From Atractiella rhizophila (Eukaryota): a stretch of DNA of 20,000 nt. Of the stretch, positions 8,144-18,579 are shown piece after piece; within the stretch, counting starts at the first letter, position 1; each line of letters begins with the position of its first letter. Made by a program: the position numbers and the translations under genes. The DNA is taken from assembly GCA_021432655.1 (NCBI GenBank), contig MU271422.1:47377-67376 (forward strand), in the 5' to 3' direction. Under the pieces are notes generated by a model. It saw only the letters and a program-made list of their open reading frames with translations, searched no databases and had not been told where the DNA came from.

Positions 8144-9414
8144 ATGTCGAGAGATAGACTGGCTGCGTTTCAGGTTCGTCCCTTCGACTACATCCAGATT
8201 ACAGTAGCACTGAGATGGCTGAGATGCTTTCGAAGAACCAGGCTTCACTTGGAGGAAACTCGAACGCTCCAACGACAAATGGCTCCGATCATCCTCGTAG
8301 CCTGGAAGCTGGAGAAGGAGGGAACGATTTTAATCATGAGGTGCGTTACAAGTTCTCACTCCGCTCCTTTTCAAAGCTACCAAAAGCTTTGAAATACTCA
8401 TAGCTCGTCAATTTCTGAATATCCTCTAACGAGATTCATTCCCAGTTCTCAGTAATTCAAGACCAGCTCTCCTCCCTCAGTGGCACGATCCAACAACTGT
8501 CCTCCACCCAAGAACAAGCACTGTCTTCTCCAGATCGTGACCCATCCACCACCAAAAACGTTCAAAGACTTCAAGAGGAGGCTTCTCGTTCATTGAGCAA
8601 TATCAAGAGCCATCTCACTCGTTTGGAGAAGTCTATCGCGCGTCTGCCAGCAGGGGATGATAAGAAAGTCCGGCTTCAACAGGCGGCTGCCCTTAAGAAC
8701 AGGTTCAAAGGAGTCATTGAGGAATATCAAAAGGAAGAGAAGAAGAATAGGGACAAACTGAGGGAGCGGATGGAGAGACAGTATAAGATTGTGAAACCTG
8801 AGGCGGTGGGTCTGAAATCGGTCTCCGTGAGAGGAAGGCTGATGAAGAGCAGACGGACGAGGAAGTGCGAAGCGCGATCGAGGACGGCAGGGGAGACCAG
8901 ATATTTTCTCAAGCTGTGAGCACTTCTGTGCGTCATCCGCTCACAAGCCAATGACAGCGTGGAAGCTTTTGAACTCGAATCGATATTCGGATGCGAGGAG
9001 TGCTTACCAGGATGTCCAAGAAAGGAGGGACGAAATAAAGAAGATCGAACAGACGATGACCCAACTTGCCCAACTCGTCAATGAGGTCTGTTCGGTTTCT
9101 CCATCTCAGTGAGGACTGTCCTTACGCTCTTATGCAGCTCTCAATCATGGTTGAACAAGACGATGAGAAGATAGAGCGCATTAATGAGAAGGTGGACGAT
9201 ACGACTAGAGATATGGGCTTTGCGTATGTCCTCTCCTATTGCTTTTACTTATGGTTGATACCGTACGAACTTTGCTTGTACTAGGCTGAAAAACATGCGG
9301 GAAGCGGTCAAGAGCGCTCGAAACGCGCGCAAGCTTAGGTGGTATCTCTTCGGGTGTTTCGTTTTGATAATCGTCGTTCTCGCCATCGTCTTGGGAGTGG
9401 TCTTCGGAACCTAA
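8144..9414 (+). CDS. SSO1: Plasma-membrane syntaxin (Sso1/2-like Qa t-SNARE), 7 exons
   Basis: N-peptide MSRDRLAAF; Habc end ERMERQYKIVKPEATDEEV; QIFSQALLNSNRYSDARSAYQDVQERRDEIKKIEQTM; SNARE motif to AVKSARNARKLRW; C-terminal TM YLFGCFVLIIVVLAIVLGVVFGT*. All introns are GT-AG. Confidence 0.95.
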
Positions 9415-10213
9415 CGGGCTTCAATCCTTTTTTTGCTGCAACAAACAATTGTCACATTTGCTTTAAACGTTCTCGTATCCTTTAACGGCCCCCCACCTCG
9501 ATGTGTCAAGTTCTTGGTTTGAACGGACTCTTGGATTCTGCTGGTAGTGCTGTCCTGTGTATTGTGAATTAATATACGAGAATCAGTCAAGTTGGGAAAC
9601 GCCTCCGGGCATGACAGCAAGAAGTAGCACACGTTATGTCTGTTCTTTTGCCACTGTTTGCAGGAGAGATGTAATCTAATATCAATACTCTCTCAGTCCA
9701 CAGTTTGCATGCCCCACGGCCCTGGCGGTACAGGAGTCACGAGAAGAGAGGTTACGGATTGGAGATGGGGATGACAGGGGATGGGGATGAACCAAAGATA
9801 GCTGACACTTTCCTTCGACAGTGCATCTGCGGCCGCGATATCCACGACTGTGACGTGAAAGACAGGTTGACTTCGCTCCGTCCGAGCTCTTTCTCGTAAG
9901 AACCCCCACAAATCACATCCTCACATCACCTTGGCACCTGCCAAGCGAAGGAGCAGAAGGAAGGGAAAGAAGGGGCCGAGTTTTTTCCGGGGATTCGACC
10001 TGTGCTCTCAGGTCCAAATGCGTCGTGTACCCAGGACAAAAGTTCGTGTCCGCTTTGGGCACAGGTCGACGCGACAATCAGTGTCCGAAAACAGCCAACA
10101 ATCGCAATCAGCTTGGTGTACAGGTTCTGCTGCAGAATCCGGATAAAAATGTCGAACGTCCACCAGAAAAGATTTCATTCATCCTTCTTACTCAATTCTG
10201 GACTCTATCATCC

Positions 10214-10220
10214 TATATAA
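10214..10220 (+). promoter_or_regulatory. TATA box upstream of the RTA1-family gene
   Basis: TATATAA ~105 nt upstream of the ATG at 10321, followed by a pyrimidine-rich leader. Confidence 0.5.
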
Positions 10221-10320
10221 CAACGAATTTGCATCGATTTTTGCTTTCAAGATTCAAGGTCCGCTCTTCCTCTGCCCTCACTTACGGTTATCTCATCTTA
10301 CTTGCTTGATTGCTGGGTAG

Positions 10321-11686
10321 ATGGAATTGGTGCACCATTTCATTGCGCGTCAAACCACACAAGGGTCGTTAGTCCCTGGAACAAATTTGACGGTCGAACA
10401 ATATTGCGACCAAGTACGAGACAGCGAGCCGAAGCTTTACGATTTGCCAGGTTATGATCCGACGCATGATCTCTGCAATCCCTATCGTTACATGCCTTCC
10501 AAGGCATGGGGTTTTGCCAGTGTCATTCTCTTGTGGGTCTCATCGCTTTCTTTCAGGCCAGAAAGGAAACTCACCGTATTTATCGACAGCGGCATAGCAA
10601 CACTCGCTCATCTCTTTCTCACCATCAGAACGAGGAGATGGTGGCTCCTCAATTGGGTCGTCGGAGGCGCTCTCGAAACCTTGGGATGGGTGGGCAGGTT
10701 GATCGGTGGCTATGATCCCTACTCGCAAACTGCCTTCATAATCCAAGTCGTTTGCCTCATCATTGCTCCCGCTTTCTTTTCGTCAGTATATTCCCTCACC
10801 TATCTATTGCGTTCCTGAACACATCTGTCTCAGGGCTGCGATCTATGGCATTCTTGGCTGGGTCATCTCGGCAACGAGCTCGAAATACTCCATTATCAGA
10901 CCAAACCGATATTGGATTATATTCGTCTGTCTTCTCCCCTTTTGCCCGGTCAACGTTAATTCATGCAACACAGATTACTGGAGATATTGTATCACTAGTC
11001 GTACAAGCGATTGGCGGAGGCGTTGCATCAGCTGGATCAAACAGCAATGATGTGAAGAAGCTCCATCGAGGCAGTGACATCATGGTTTGTCCTCTTCCAT
11101 CGTCACCTTCACCCTCACCCGCATATTTACTCGTACAATGCTCTGGGATTAGCTTGGCGGGATCATTGTCCAACTGGCCGTAATGATTATTTTCTCCGTA
11201 TTCGCCCTTCACTTTTGGAACGGGCTGAGGAAATCGCCTCTCGCTCCCCATATCCGCGCAACGCCAGGCTTGGAGCGTCTGCACTGGCTCGGCTGGGGAC
11301 TAGTCTTCGGTAGCACTATGATCATCCTTCGAGGCATTTACCGAGTCATAGAACTTGCGGAAGGCTGGCGTGGTTATCTCAGTAGGTTTCCGCTTGGCCC
11401 TTTTCCTTTACAATCAACTGGCAACGGCTGACGTTGGTTTTACCATCAAGTGTTGCACGAATTCTGGTTTCTTTTCGACATGCTGCCCTGCTTGATCTGT
11501 CTCCTGATTTTCATCCCCGCCAGTCCACTTTTTGCCCTTCCTCGTGGATATCAAACGGCAGAAGATTTGGCGAGGAGGTCTGATGTCAGCTATGTCCCTG
11601 ATGGTGAGAAGACTACTTCAAGTGATGATGAGACAAGGGTTGGTGTCGAGAGGGGGGATCAGAAGGCATGGAAGGAAAGGGAGTAG
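10321..11686 (+). CDS. RTA1: RTA1-family (Rta1/Rsb1 lipid-translocating exporter-like) multi-pass membrane protein, 6 exons
   Basis: Spliced product contains NPYRYMPS, GGALETLGWVGR, FIIQVVCLIIAPAFFSAAIYGIL, IFITGDIVSLVVQAIGGG, LGGIIVQL, ILRGIYRVIELAEGWRGYL and HEFWFLFD, the standard RTA1 motif series. Stop at 11684-11686. Confidence 0.95.
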
Positions 11687-11942
11687 AATTGTTAATGGAC
11701 ACTTGAATGAGTAGTAAGAGTTAACCTGTCCACGTGAGACGTGTCGTTTTCATATATTGCATACAAGTTGTGTTTCAATAACCCGTTGTCCAGCCTACAT
11801 TTGTGCATGGTACTTGCTGAACCTACGGAAGAGTTATGTGCGAACTAGAGATGAGTTGCAGCGGGATAGGAGGTGAAGGCAATAATATTCATTGTCACGT
11901 GTCATATGGCTTCCCGCCCCCGCATCTCCTTGCACCCCATCG

Positions 11943-14748
11943 ATGAAGCGATCTCTCTGCCGAGTAGCTCGCTGGAATCGACCATCACGAATCTCTACAC
12001 CAGTTGTAGCGTTCCCTGCCATCCATTTCTTGCGAACAAATCGAACTGTCCCAACAACCTCAACGCATCCAGTACAATATTTCCAGCGTAGTTTGACTTA
12101 CAGAATGGGTGCCCCAGTCAAAGCCAATGCTCCTCCTGTGGACACAACTGAAAGAGTTAGACGCGTGCGGGAGCTCATGAAGCAGGAAGGTGTCGATGTT
12201 TAGTATGTATTCAAGAAAGCTTTGAGCAAGCTAACCGGTGTTGCTAGTATCGTGAGAAGTGAAGATGCACATTCGTCCGAGTATGCTCCTTTTTGATTCA
12301 GAAAAGTAAGCGACATTTATATGCATGCAGATATGTTGCCGAATGCGACAAAAGGAGGGACTTTCTCACCGGTTTTACTGGATCAGCAGGACGTGGGAAT
12401 ATTTCTTGATTCATTCACGAAGTACAGCGCTTACTGACTGACAGTGGCCCTCATCACACTGGACAAAGCTTACCTTTTCACGGATGGCCGGTACTTCTTG
12501 CAGGCATCTCAACAGTTGGATAGTAACTGGGAGTTGGTGAAAACGGGGTTGACGGGTTCGTTTCCCTTTGCCATTCACGTAAGACTGATTATGGCTCGTA
12601 GACGATATGACGCCGTACAAGTTCATCAAGACCAAACTTCCGGCAACGACTCGGATCGGTGTGGATCCTATGTCTTATCCTTACCGTCCGTTACACTTCC
12701 TGTCCCTTTCATCTTTCCGACTGTGTGATTCGTAGCGGACGCGAAAGAGTTTCGTGACCTCCTTTCCGCTACCGGAGGAGCCGTAGTTTCTTTATCGGTG
12801 AATATTGGAGAGAAAGTGTGGGAAGAGTCGTCTACGCGACCTAAGCGAGACCTGAATGCAATTACCGTTTTGAGCGAGGATTTCTGCGGCAAGAGCTTCG
12901 AGAGCAAGGTCGAGGATTTGGTCAAGACTATAAAGGAAGAGGGCGGAGTAGGGTATTTCTCTGGTTTGTTTCTCTTCCGAATCTATCGCCTGGCGCCAGC
13001 TTATGGTTGTCAAAGCCAAATTGGACGATATTGCCTGGTTGTTCAACCTCAGAGGAACCGACGTCGAATATAACCCAGTCTTCTTTTCCTACGCATGGAT
13101 ACCGATTGAGGGTGACCCTGTCCTGTTCATCCACGCGGAACAGGTATCAGAGAACCTAAAGAAGCATCTGAGCGGGAAGGTGAAAATTGAAGAGTACCAG
13201 AAGGTCAGAGAATGGATGGAAAACTATACTAAGTCTGTCAAAAAGGACGAGAAGGTTGGTTGATCCTGCCTAGTATGGAATACCACTAACATGGGACCTG
13301 ATTTGAGGTACTCCTCGGAGTCGAGACATCCGTGGCTCTAGTCGACCTCTTCGCGTCAGATCAGGTCAAACTCATCGCCTCTCCCATCGCTCTCGCTAAA
13401 GCGGTAAAAAATGCCAAAGAGATCGAGGGCTTTCGCCAATCACACATCCGCGATGGTGCAGCTCTGGTAAGTCTCCGTTATCCACTAGCTGTCGACTGAA
13501 ATGAAGAACAGGTATCATATTTCGCTTGGTTGGAGGAAGAGTTACTCAATGGCAAGGAGATTTCAGAGGTGGAAGGAGCCGACGAGCTTGAGCGGAGGCG
13601 CTCGTAAGTTGTATCTCACTGTGTTCGACTAACTCTGCTCAACGACAGCAAACAGGCAGTTGAAACATTACAGAGGGCTCTCGTTCAACACAATCTCCTC
13701 AACTGGCTCTAACGCAGCCATCATCCATTACTCACCAGACAGAGAGACATGCCCATTGATTAACAAAGACGAAGTGTTTTTTTTTTGTCCTGCAGAACTT
13801 GATTTATTCACCTGCCCAGATTTACCTGTGCGATTCTGGGGCTCAATTTACGGATGGTACTACGGATGTCACTCGCACTCTGGTAAATTTCCATTTTCTT
13901 TTCCCCACGTCTTAACTTTCCTGTAGCACTTCACAACCCCGAAACCATTTGAGAAACGAGCGTTCACCCGAGTTTTGCAAGGGCACATTGCAATTGATCA
14001 GGTGGTCTTCCCTACTGGGACAACTGGATATCGACTTGATCCTTTGGCGAGGAGAGCGCTTTGGAGCGACGGATTGGATTACCGCCATGGGTGCGCTTCC
14101 CCAGTTGGTCATCTTGCGATATGAAACTCACAATTGGTAGCACTGGTCACGGCGTCGGCCATTTCTTGAATGTTCACGAGGGTCCTCAAGGAATCGGAAT
14201 GAGAATAGCATTTAACAACACTCACCTCGTTGAGGGCATGGTGCTATCTAATGGCAAGCTACTTATTCGCATACCAACTCGCACTGAACCTACGTCCATA
14301 GAACCAGGATACTATGAAGATGGCGCTTTTGGTATAAGGCATGTTCGCGTTAAACAGAGAATTCAGAGATTAATGTCACTCTAGGATTGAGAATCTCGTC
14401 GTTGTGCAACCTGTGCGTCTTAGTCTAGAATTGCCCAGCTAAATACTAATGAATTACAAGCAGACGACTCCGCCAAATAACTTTGGTAACCAGAAATGGT
14501 TCAGATTCGAGCGCCTCACCATGGTGTGTCATCCCCCTACAGATGCGTCAACAAGTCTGAGTGCGTTCTTAGGCACCGATCCAGACAAAGCTCATCGATA
14601 CTTCCATCTTGACCCTTTCTGAAAAGGAATGGGTTAACAATTATCACAAGGAAGTTTTCGAAAAAGGTTTCTCTCTGTTGGAGATATGAAAGACGAGAGA
14701 GCTCTGAATTGGCTGAATGCAGGGAAATATGAGGAGTGTCATCAGTAA
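11943..14748 (+). CDS. AMPP1: Xaa-Pro aminopeptidase P (M24B; XPNPEP1/Fra1-like), multi-exon; alternative starts at 11943 and 12105; apparent frameshift near the 3' end
   Basis: [98 protein letters not shown] and PIQTKLID are all recovered across short introns. As written the frame stops at TGA 14687-14689; the expected DERALxWL tail is in a shifted frame ending at 14748. Confidence 0.96.
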
Positions 14749-14807
14749 TACTCGCTTTATTCTCCTTGAATGGATTTCGTGCAAAAGGACTTTGCTTTGC
14801 TGAGAGG

Positions 14808-15607
14808 NNNNNNNNNNNNNNNNNNNNNNNNNNNNNNNNNNNNNNNNNNNNNNNNNNNNNNNNNNNNNNNNNNNNNNNNNNNNNNNNNNNNNNNNNNNNN
14901 NNNNNNNNNNNNNNNNNNNNNNNNNNNNNNNNNNNNNNNNNNNNNNNNNNNNNNNNNNNNNNNNNNNNNNNNNNNNNNNNNNNNNNNNNNNNNNNNNNNN
15001 NNNNNNNNNNNNNNNNNNNNNNNNNNNNNNNNNNNNNNNNNNNNNNNNNNNNNNNNNNNNNNNNNNNNNNNNNNNNNNNNNNNNNNNNNNNNNNNNNNNN
15101 NNNNNNNNNNNNNNNNNNNNNNNNNNNNNNNNNNNNNNNNNNNNNNNNNNNNNNNNNNNNNNNNNNNNNNNNNNNNNNNNNNNNNNNNNNNNNNNNNNNN
15201 NNNNNNNNNNNNNNNNNNNNNNNNNNNNNNNNNNNNNNNNNNNNNNNNNNNNNNNNNNNNNNNNNNNNNNNNNNNNNNNNNNNNNNNNNNNNNNNNNNNN
15301 NNNNNNNNNNNNNNNNNNNNNNNNNNNNNNNNNNNNNNNNNNNNNNNNNNNNNNNNNNNNNNNNNNNNNNNNNNNNNNNNNNNNNNNNNNNNNNNNNNNN
15401 NNNNNNNNNNNNNNNNNNNNNNNNNNNNNNNNNNNNNNNNNNNNNNNNNNNNNNNNNNNNNNNNNNNNNNNNNNNNNNNNNNNNNNNNNNNNNNNNNNNN
15501 NNNNNNNNNNNNNNNNNNNNNNNNNNNNNNNNNNNNNNNNNNNNNNNNNNNNNNNNNNNNNNNNNNNNNNNNNNNNNNNNNNNNNNNNNNNNNNNNNNNN
15601 NNNNNNN
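14808..15607. other. Assembly gap (800 N)
   Basis: Run of N. ORFs spanning it are artefacts. Confidence 1.
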
Positions 15608-15953
15608 GCGTAACTTTTTGGAGATTGTCCATGCAGCACCGCAGCATTATTTATCAGGACATCAACTTTGCCTGATATCCTTTCAACGTCTTTAACCACT
15701 TGCTCTAGCTTTGAAGTGTATGCCTCGGTACCGCCTATCTCACCAATTTCGAAGACATGCACATTCGAGGCAGGAGTGTAAATGAAATTGGTTTTCGTGC
15801 GCACCAACGCGAATATAGTGTTCGATGGATTCATAGAAAGCTGCTGCACCAAAGCCGAACCCTTATCCCACCCCGCGTCAACAATTGTATCTAGGAGGTA
15901 ACAAAGGCAGTTACGATTCCTCGAGACGCTCCTGTGACCACGTAAGTAGACAT
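15608..15953 (-). CDS. Classical short-chain dehydrogenase/reductase, 5' part only (remainder in the gap)
   Basis: ATG at 15953, MSTYVVTGASRGI, intron 15914-15862, GSALVQQL...TIFALVR...KVDVLINNAAV. TGxxxGxG and NNA motifs present. TATA-like ATATATAAAA on the minus strand at 16030-16021. Confidence 0.93.
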
Positions 15954-17137
15954 GTTTGGGTTTGCAGGTGACTGTGACGTAAATGTCAAACTACTGAAAA
16001 GAGGATTTATATCACTTGGTTTTTATATATCTGGCGTCACTTGGTCCTCTTCTATCGAGCATTGAGCAGAATGTATGCTCCACTCAGCCTGCTTCCATGT
16101 CCGACAATGCTTACCGAAAGATCCTCCTTTACATTCTTCCTGCTTGTTCCGATCGGGGTAAGACGTTGATTGAAGCAACAGAAGGAGAAAGAATCATGAA
16201 ACAATGTTTATCTAGTGCTTATTGGGCAGCTTATGCTTCAGGGATTCTTCCCGCCTCTTCCTTCAAGATTCAATTGAGAGAAAGAACGAATCGAAATGAT
16301 TAACGCCGCGATGACGAGGGAGACAATAAGCATGTGGAGCGTTACCCTGAGAATGCGAGCATGGCTCTGAGAAGGATTCTACCGTGATTTTGCAGCTGTA
16401 ACGGGCTCGCCAGCTAGCCACATGGAGCATTGAGGTGAGTTAACAGTGGGAGACTGTTGGTCAGGACTTCATGCACTTCAACCACAGGAGGTACAGTGTG
16501 TGTTTGCAGGCTGAAGCTTGAGATGTTAGGAAGATTTGTTATGGATACGAAAACAAGGTTCAGGACAGTGATGTCTACCTCGTGCGTACATCCTTGTCAA
16601 GAACAGTAATCCCTTTTTTTCCGAATCATTCGATAGTGGCTTCGTCAGCTTGACGGAGCTAGAGTGTAACATCCTTGAGGATTTTAGTTGTCGCTAATAA
16701 AGGTTTACCTCAGCTTTGTCATCGACGGGCATCGCGGATGCGAGAAAGTTGAGCTTGGACATCCCCTGCAGGTATACTGATGCATACTCTTTGACTTCAC
16801 GTCAGGACAGGAAACATGGTTCTCCTAATTGCACCTCCAATAATATACACTCAGGAGGCGCTTTAAACAGCAACCACAAGCCTGGATGACATTCTCCTTG
16901 CCAAACCACAATGCTCCAGAGTGCTCCTCTTGGGCGGCACTATGAGGACATATCTGAAGCAATGAAAACGCGAAAGGTGTGTCGTGGATCAAAAGCGTCG
17001 TATACAACACAAATCAGTCCAGGTCGGAGGTTCGATGGATGAAGGCGTAGATTGCTCGGTCTTGAATTATTGTTGTTCAAAGTACATAATGGGTGTGGCT
17101 GTCAAACAGGCACTAGTGTCTTTTCCGCTTCAACGCT

Positions 17138-18312
17138 TCAACCTTCTATGTTCATCTGTACATCCTTTTCTTCCTTATGGATGGAGGGATTGAGCCCATT
17201 TTCCATGTTCGGAAGAGGTCTGAGCGCATCAGGGAAGTTCTTTTCAATGAGCGATACGAGGATATTTTGATAGTCCTGAATAATGATCACTGAGTATGAC
17301 TGATGTTTACAGACATAGATAGAAGGAACGACATACAGCGACACTCTTCATCATGGCATTCGCATATTGGTTTTCGTTCACCGCTCTCTCGATGATCTCC
17401 TTAGTGAAGATGTGAGGGTTCTTGACCGCATCCACATGCCTTCAAGCACAATTTACAAATCTCATCCAGAACATGATAGAGGACCTACCCCAATACCTCT
17501 CTAAGCACGCGAACGTCTCGTAGTCCTGGATGAAGAGAGATGTCGCGAATTTTTCGCATTTGGGACATCATGGAGTTTCTGCGCGCGAAGGACAAGTTAA
17601 GGCATGGCTACATTTTGGAGAAAGCGATCGAAATAGGAAATTATATGTGCACAACAATGCCAATGAACAGTGCGTCAATATGAAATAACCTAGTTGCATG
17701 ACTTGATGAGGAGGGTGCGCACTTTCTCAATCATGCGGAAACAATATCTCATAGCTACTCAAGCTTGAGAATAAAGTGGTGTTGAATAGAAACAATGTTG
17801 TACTGTGTGAAGCCTAAACATATAGACTTTTCCTTGCGAGAAGGCCAAGAGTGCTTGTAATTTGCAATGGAAAGCTCAGATAGCTCGGCAGGCAGGCAAT
17901 TCTACTTCATCGATATCTGTCGACGGGGGTCTTTCTACCCAAATCGAAACTGGATGGCTACAAATTGCGCTGAGGGAGACTTTGATTGTTGAAACTCTAC
18001 ATTGCAAGACTTTTGGAAAGAAAATGTCAAATCTCAACGCTGGGGAAGCATAACCTGTCGCTCTTGCATTGGACGAAAGATTGATCATCCAATCCCCATC
18101 ACTGCGAAACGGAGAACATACATTCGCACTCCCACTTCTTTTCCCGTGCCCCCTACGCTCTGTGCATCCGTAACAGCTATACCTAGCTCTAATGCAAGAT
18201 GAAGCAATATTTCAGTGTTCCGCTCGAGGTCTTTATGCGCGGCGGCAGTCGTGGAGGTTGGAACTGGAGGTGGAGATGGGGAGAGTTCTGGTGGTGTGGG
18301 GGATTTGGCCAT
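17138..18312 (-). CDS. MED10: Mediator of RNA polymerase II subunit 10 (Med10/Nut2), 4 exons
   Basis: Exon 1 18312-18122 (LERNTEILLHLALELGIAVTD), 543-nt intron 18121-17579, then INSMMSQMRKI...VLREVLGHVDAVKNPHIFTKEIIERAVNENQYANAMMKSVADYQNILVSLIEKNFP. This matches the Med10 pattern YVDxGxNPxxYT...NQ...FP. Confidence 0.9.
17803..18007 (-). ncRNA. Candidate H/ACA-type structured RNA in MED10 intron 1
   Basis: ~16-bp basal stem (18007-17992/17877-17862), ANANNA (AAATTA, 17863-17858) at its base, then a second hairpin and ACA at 17808-17806. Folded by eye only. Confidence 0.3.
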
Positions 18313-18579
18313 TTCAAGCCGCGTGTTTCGGGAGGGCGGTGGATATTCGAAGTTCTGAAGGGCAAATCACAATTGTTTCAACTGGCGTCTTTCTGCACAC
18401 GCCTTGGATGTTGTATTTGTCAGTGTTTGGACTTTGTGTGGAAAGATCATTGAGCGAAGCTTGACTTCCAACAACACTGATGATCATGATCATTCCGTAC
18501 TCGACTCGTTCCGCACAGATTTATACAGTCTTCCATGTCTTCCATAATCCCAACACAGCTCATCGACCACTCATTCCCG

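Noticed and set aside
9420..10320. Short ORFs between the syntaxin and RTA1 genes
   Set aside because: No recognisable motifs or coherent splice structure; treated as 3'UTR plus promoter.
3791..11686. OSBP, syntaxin and RTA1 as a membrane-lipid functional cluster
   Set aside because: Fungal neighbours are commonly unrelated and no shared regulatory signal is visible. Synteny data would be needed.
14660..14748. Frameshift and premature stop at the end of aminopeptidase P as pseudogenisation or programmed frameshifting
   Set aside because: It lies in homopolymer-rich sequence about 60-150 nt from an assembly gap and the rest of the gene is intact, so sequencing error is more likely.
14644..15852. 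Long 296-402 aa ORFs in the ORF track
   Set aside because: Artefacts of translating through 800 N.
17870..17985. RNase MRP-like motifs in the MED10 intron (AAAGTCTCCC, GAAAG loop, GAGCTT)
   Set aside because: No room for P2/P3, no CR-IV or full CR-V, and the total length is far too short.
4953..18121. TPP riboswitch, telomerase RNA or U3 in the long introns
   Set aside because: No CUGAGA/GAUC…AGCG aptamer core in the right order, no telomere-template repeat and no U3 box A. The host genes are unrelated to thiamine.
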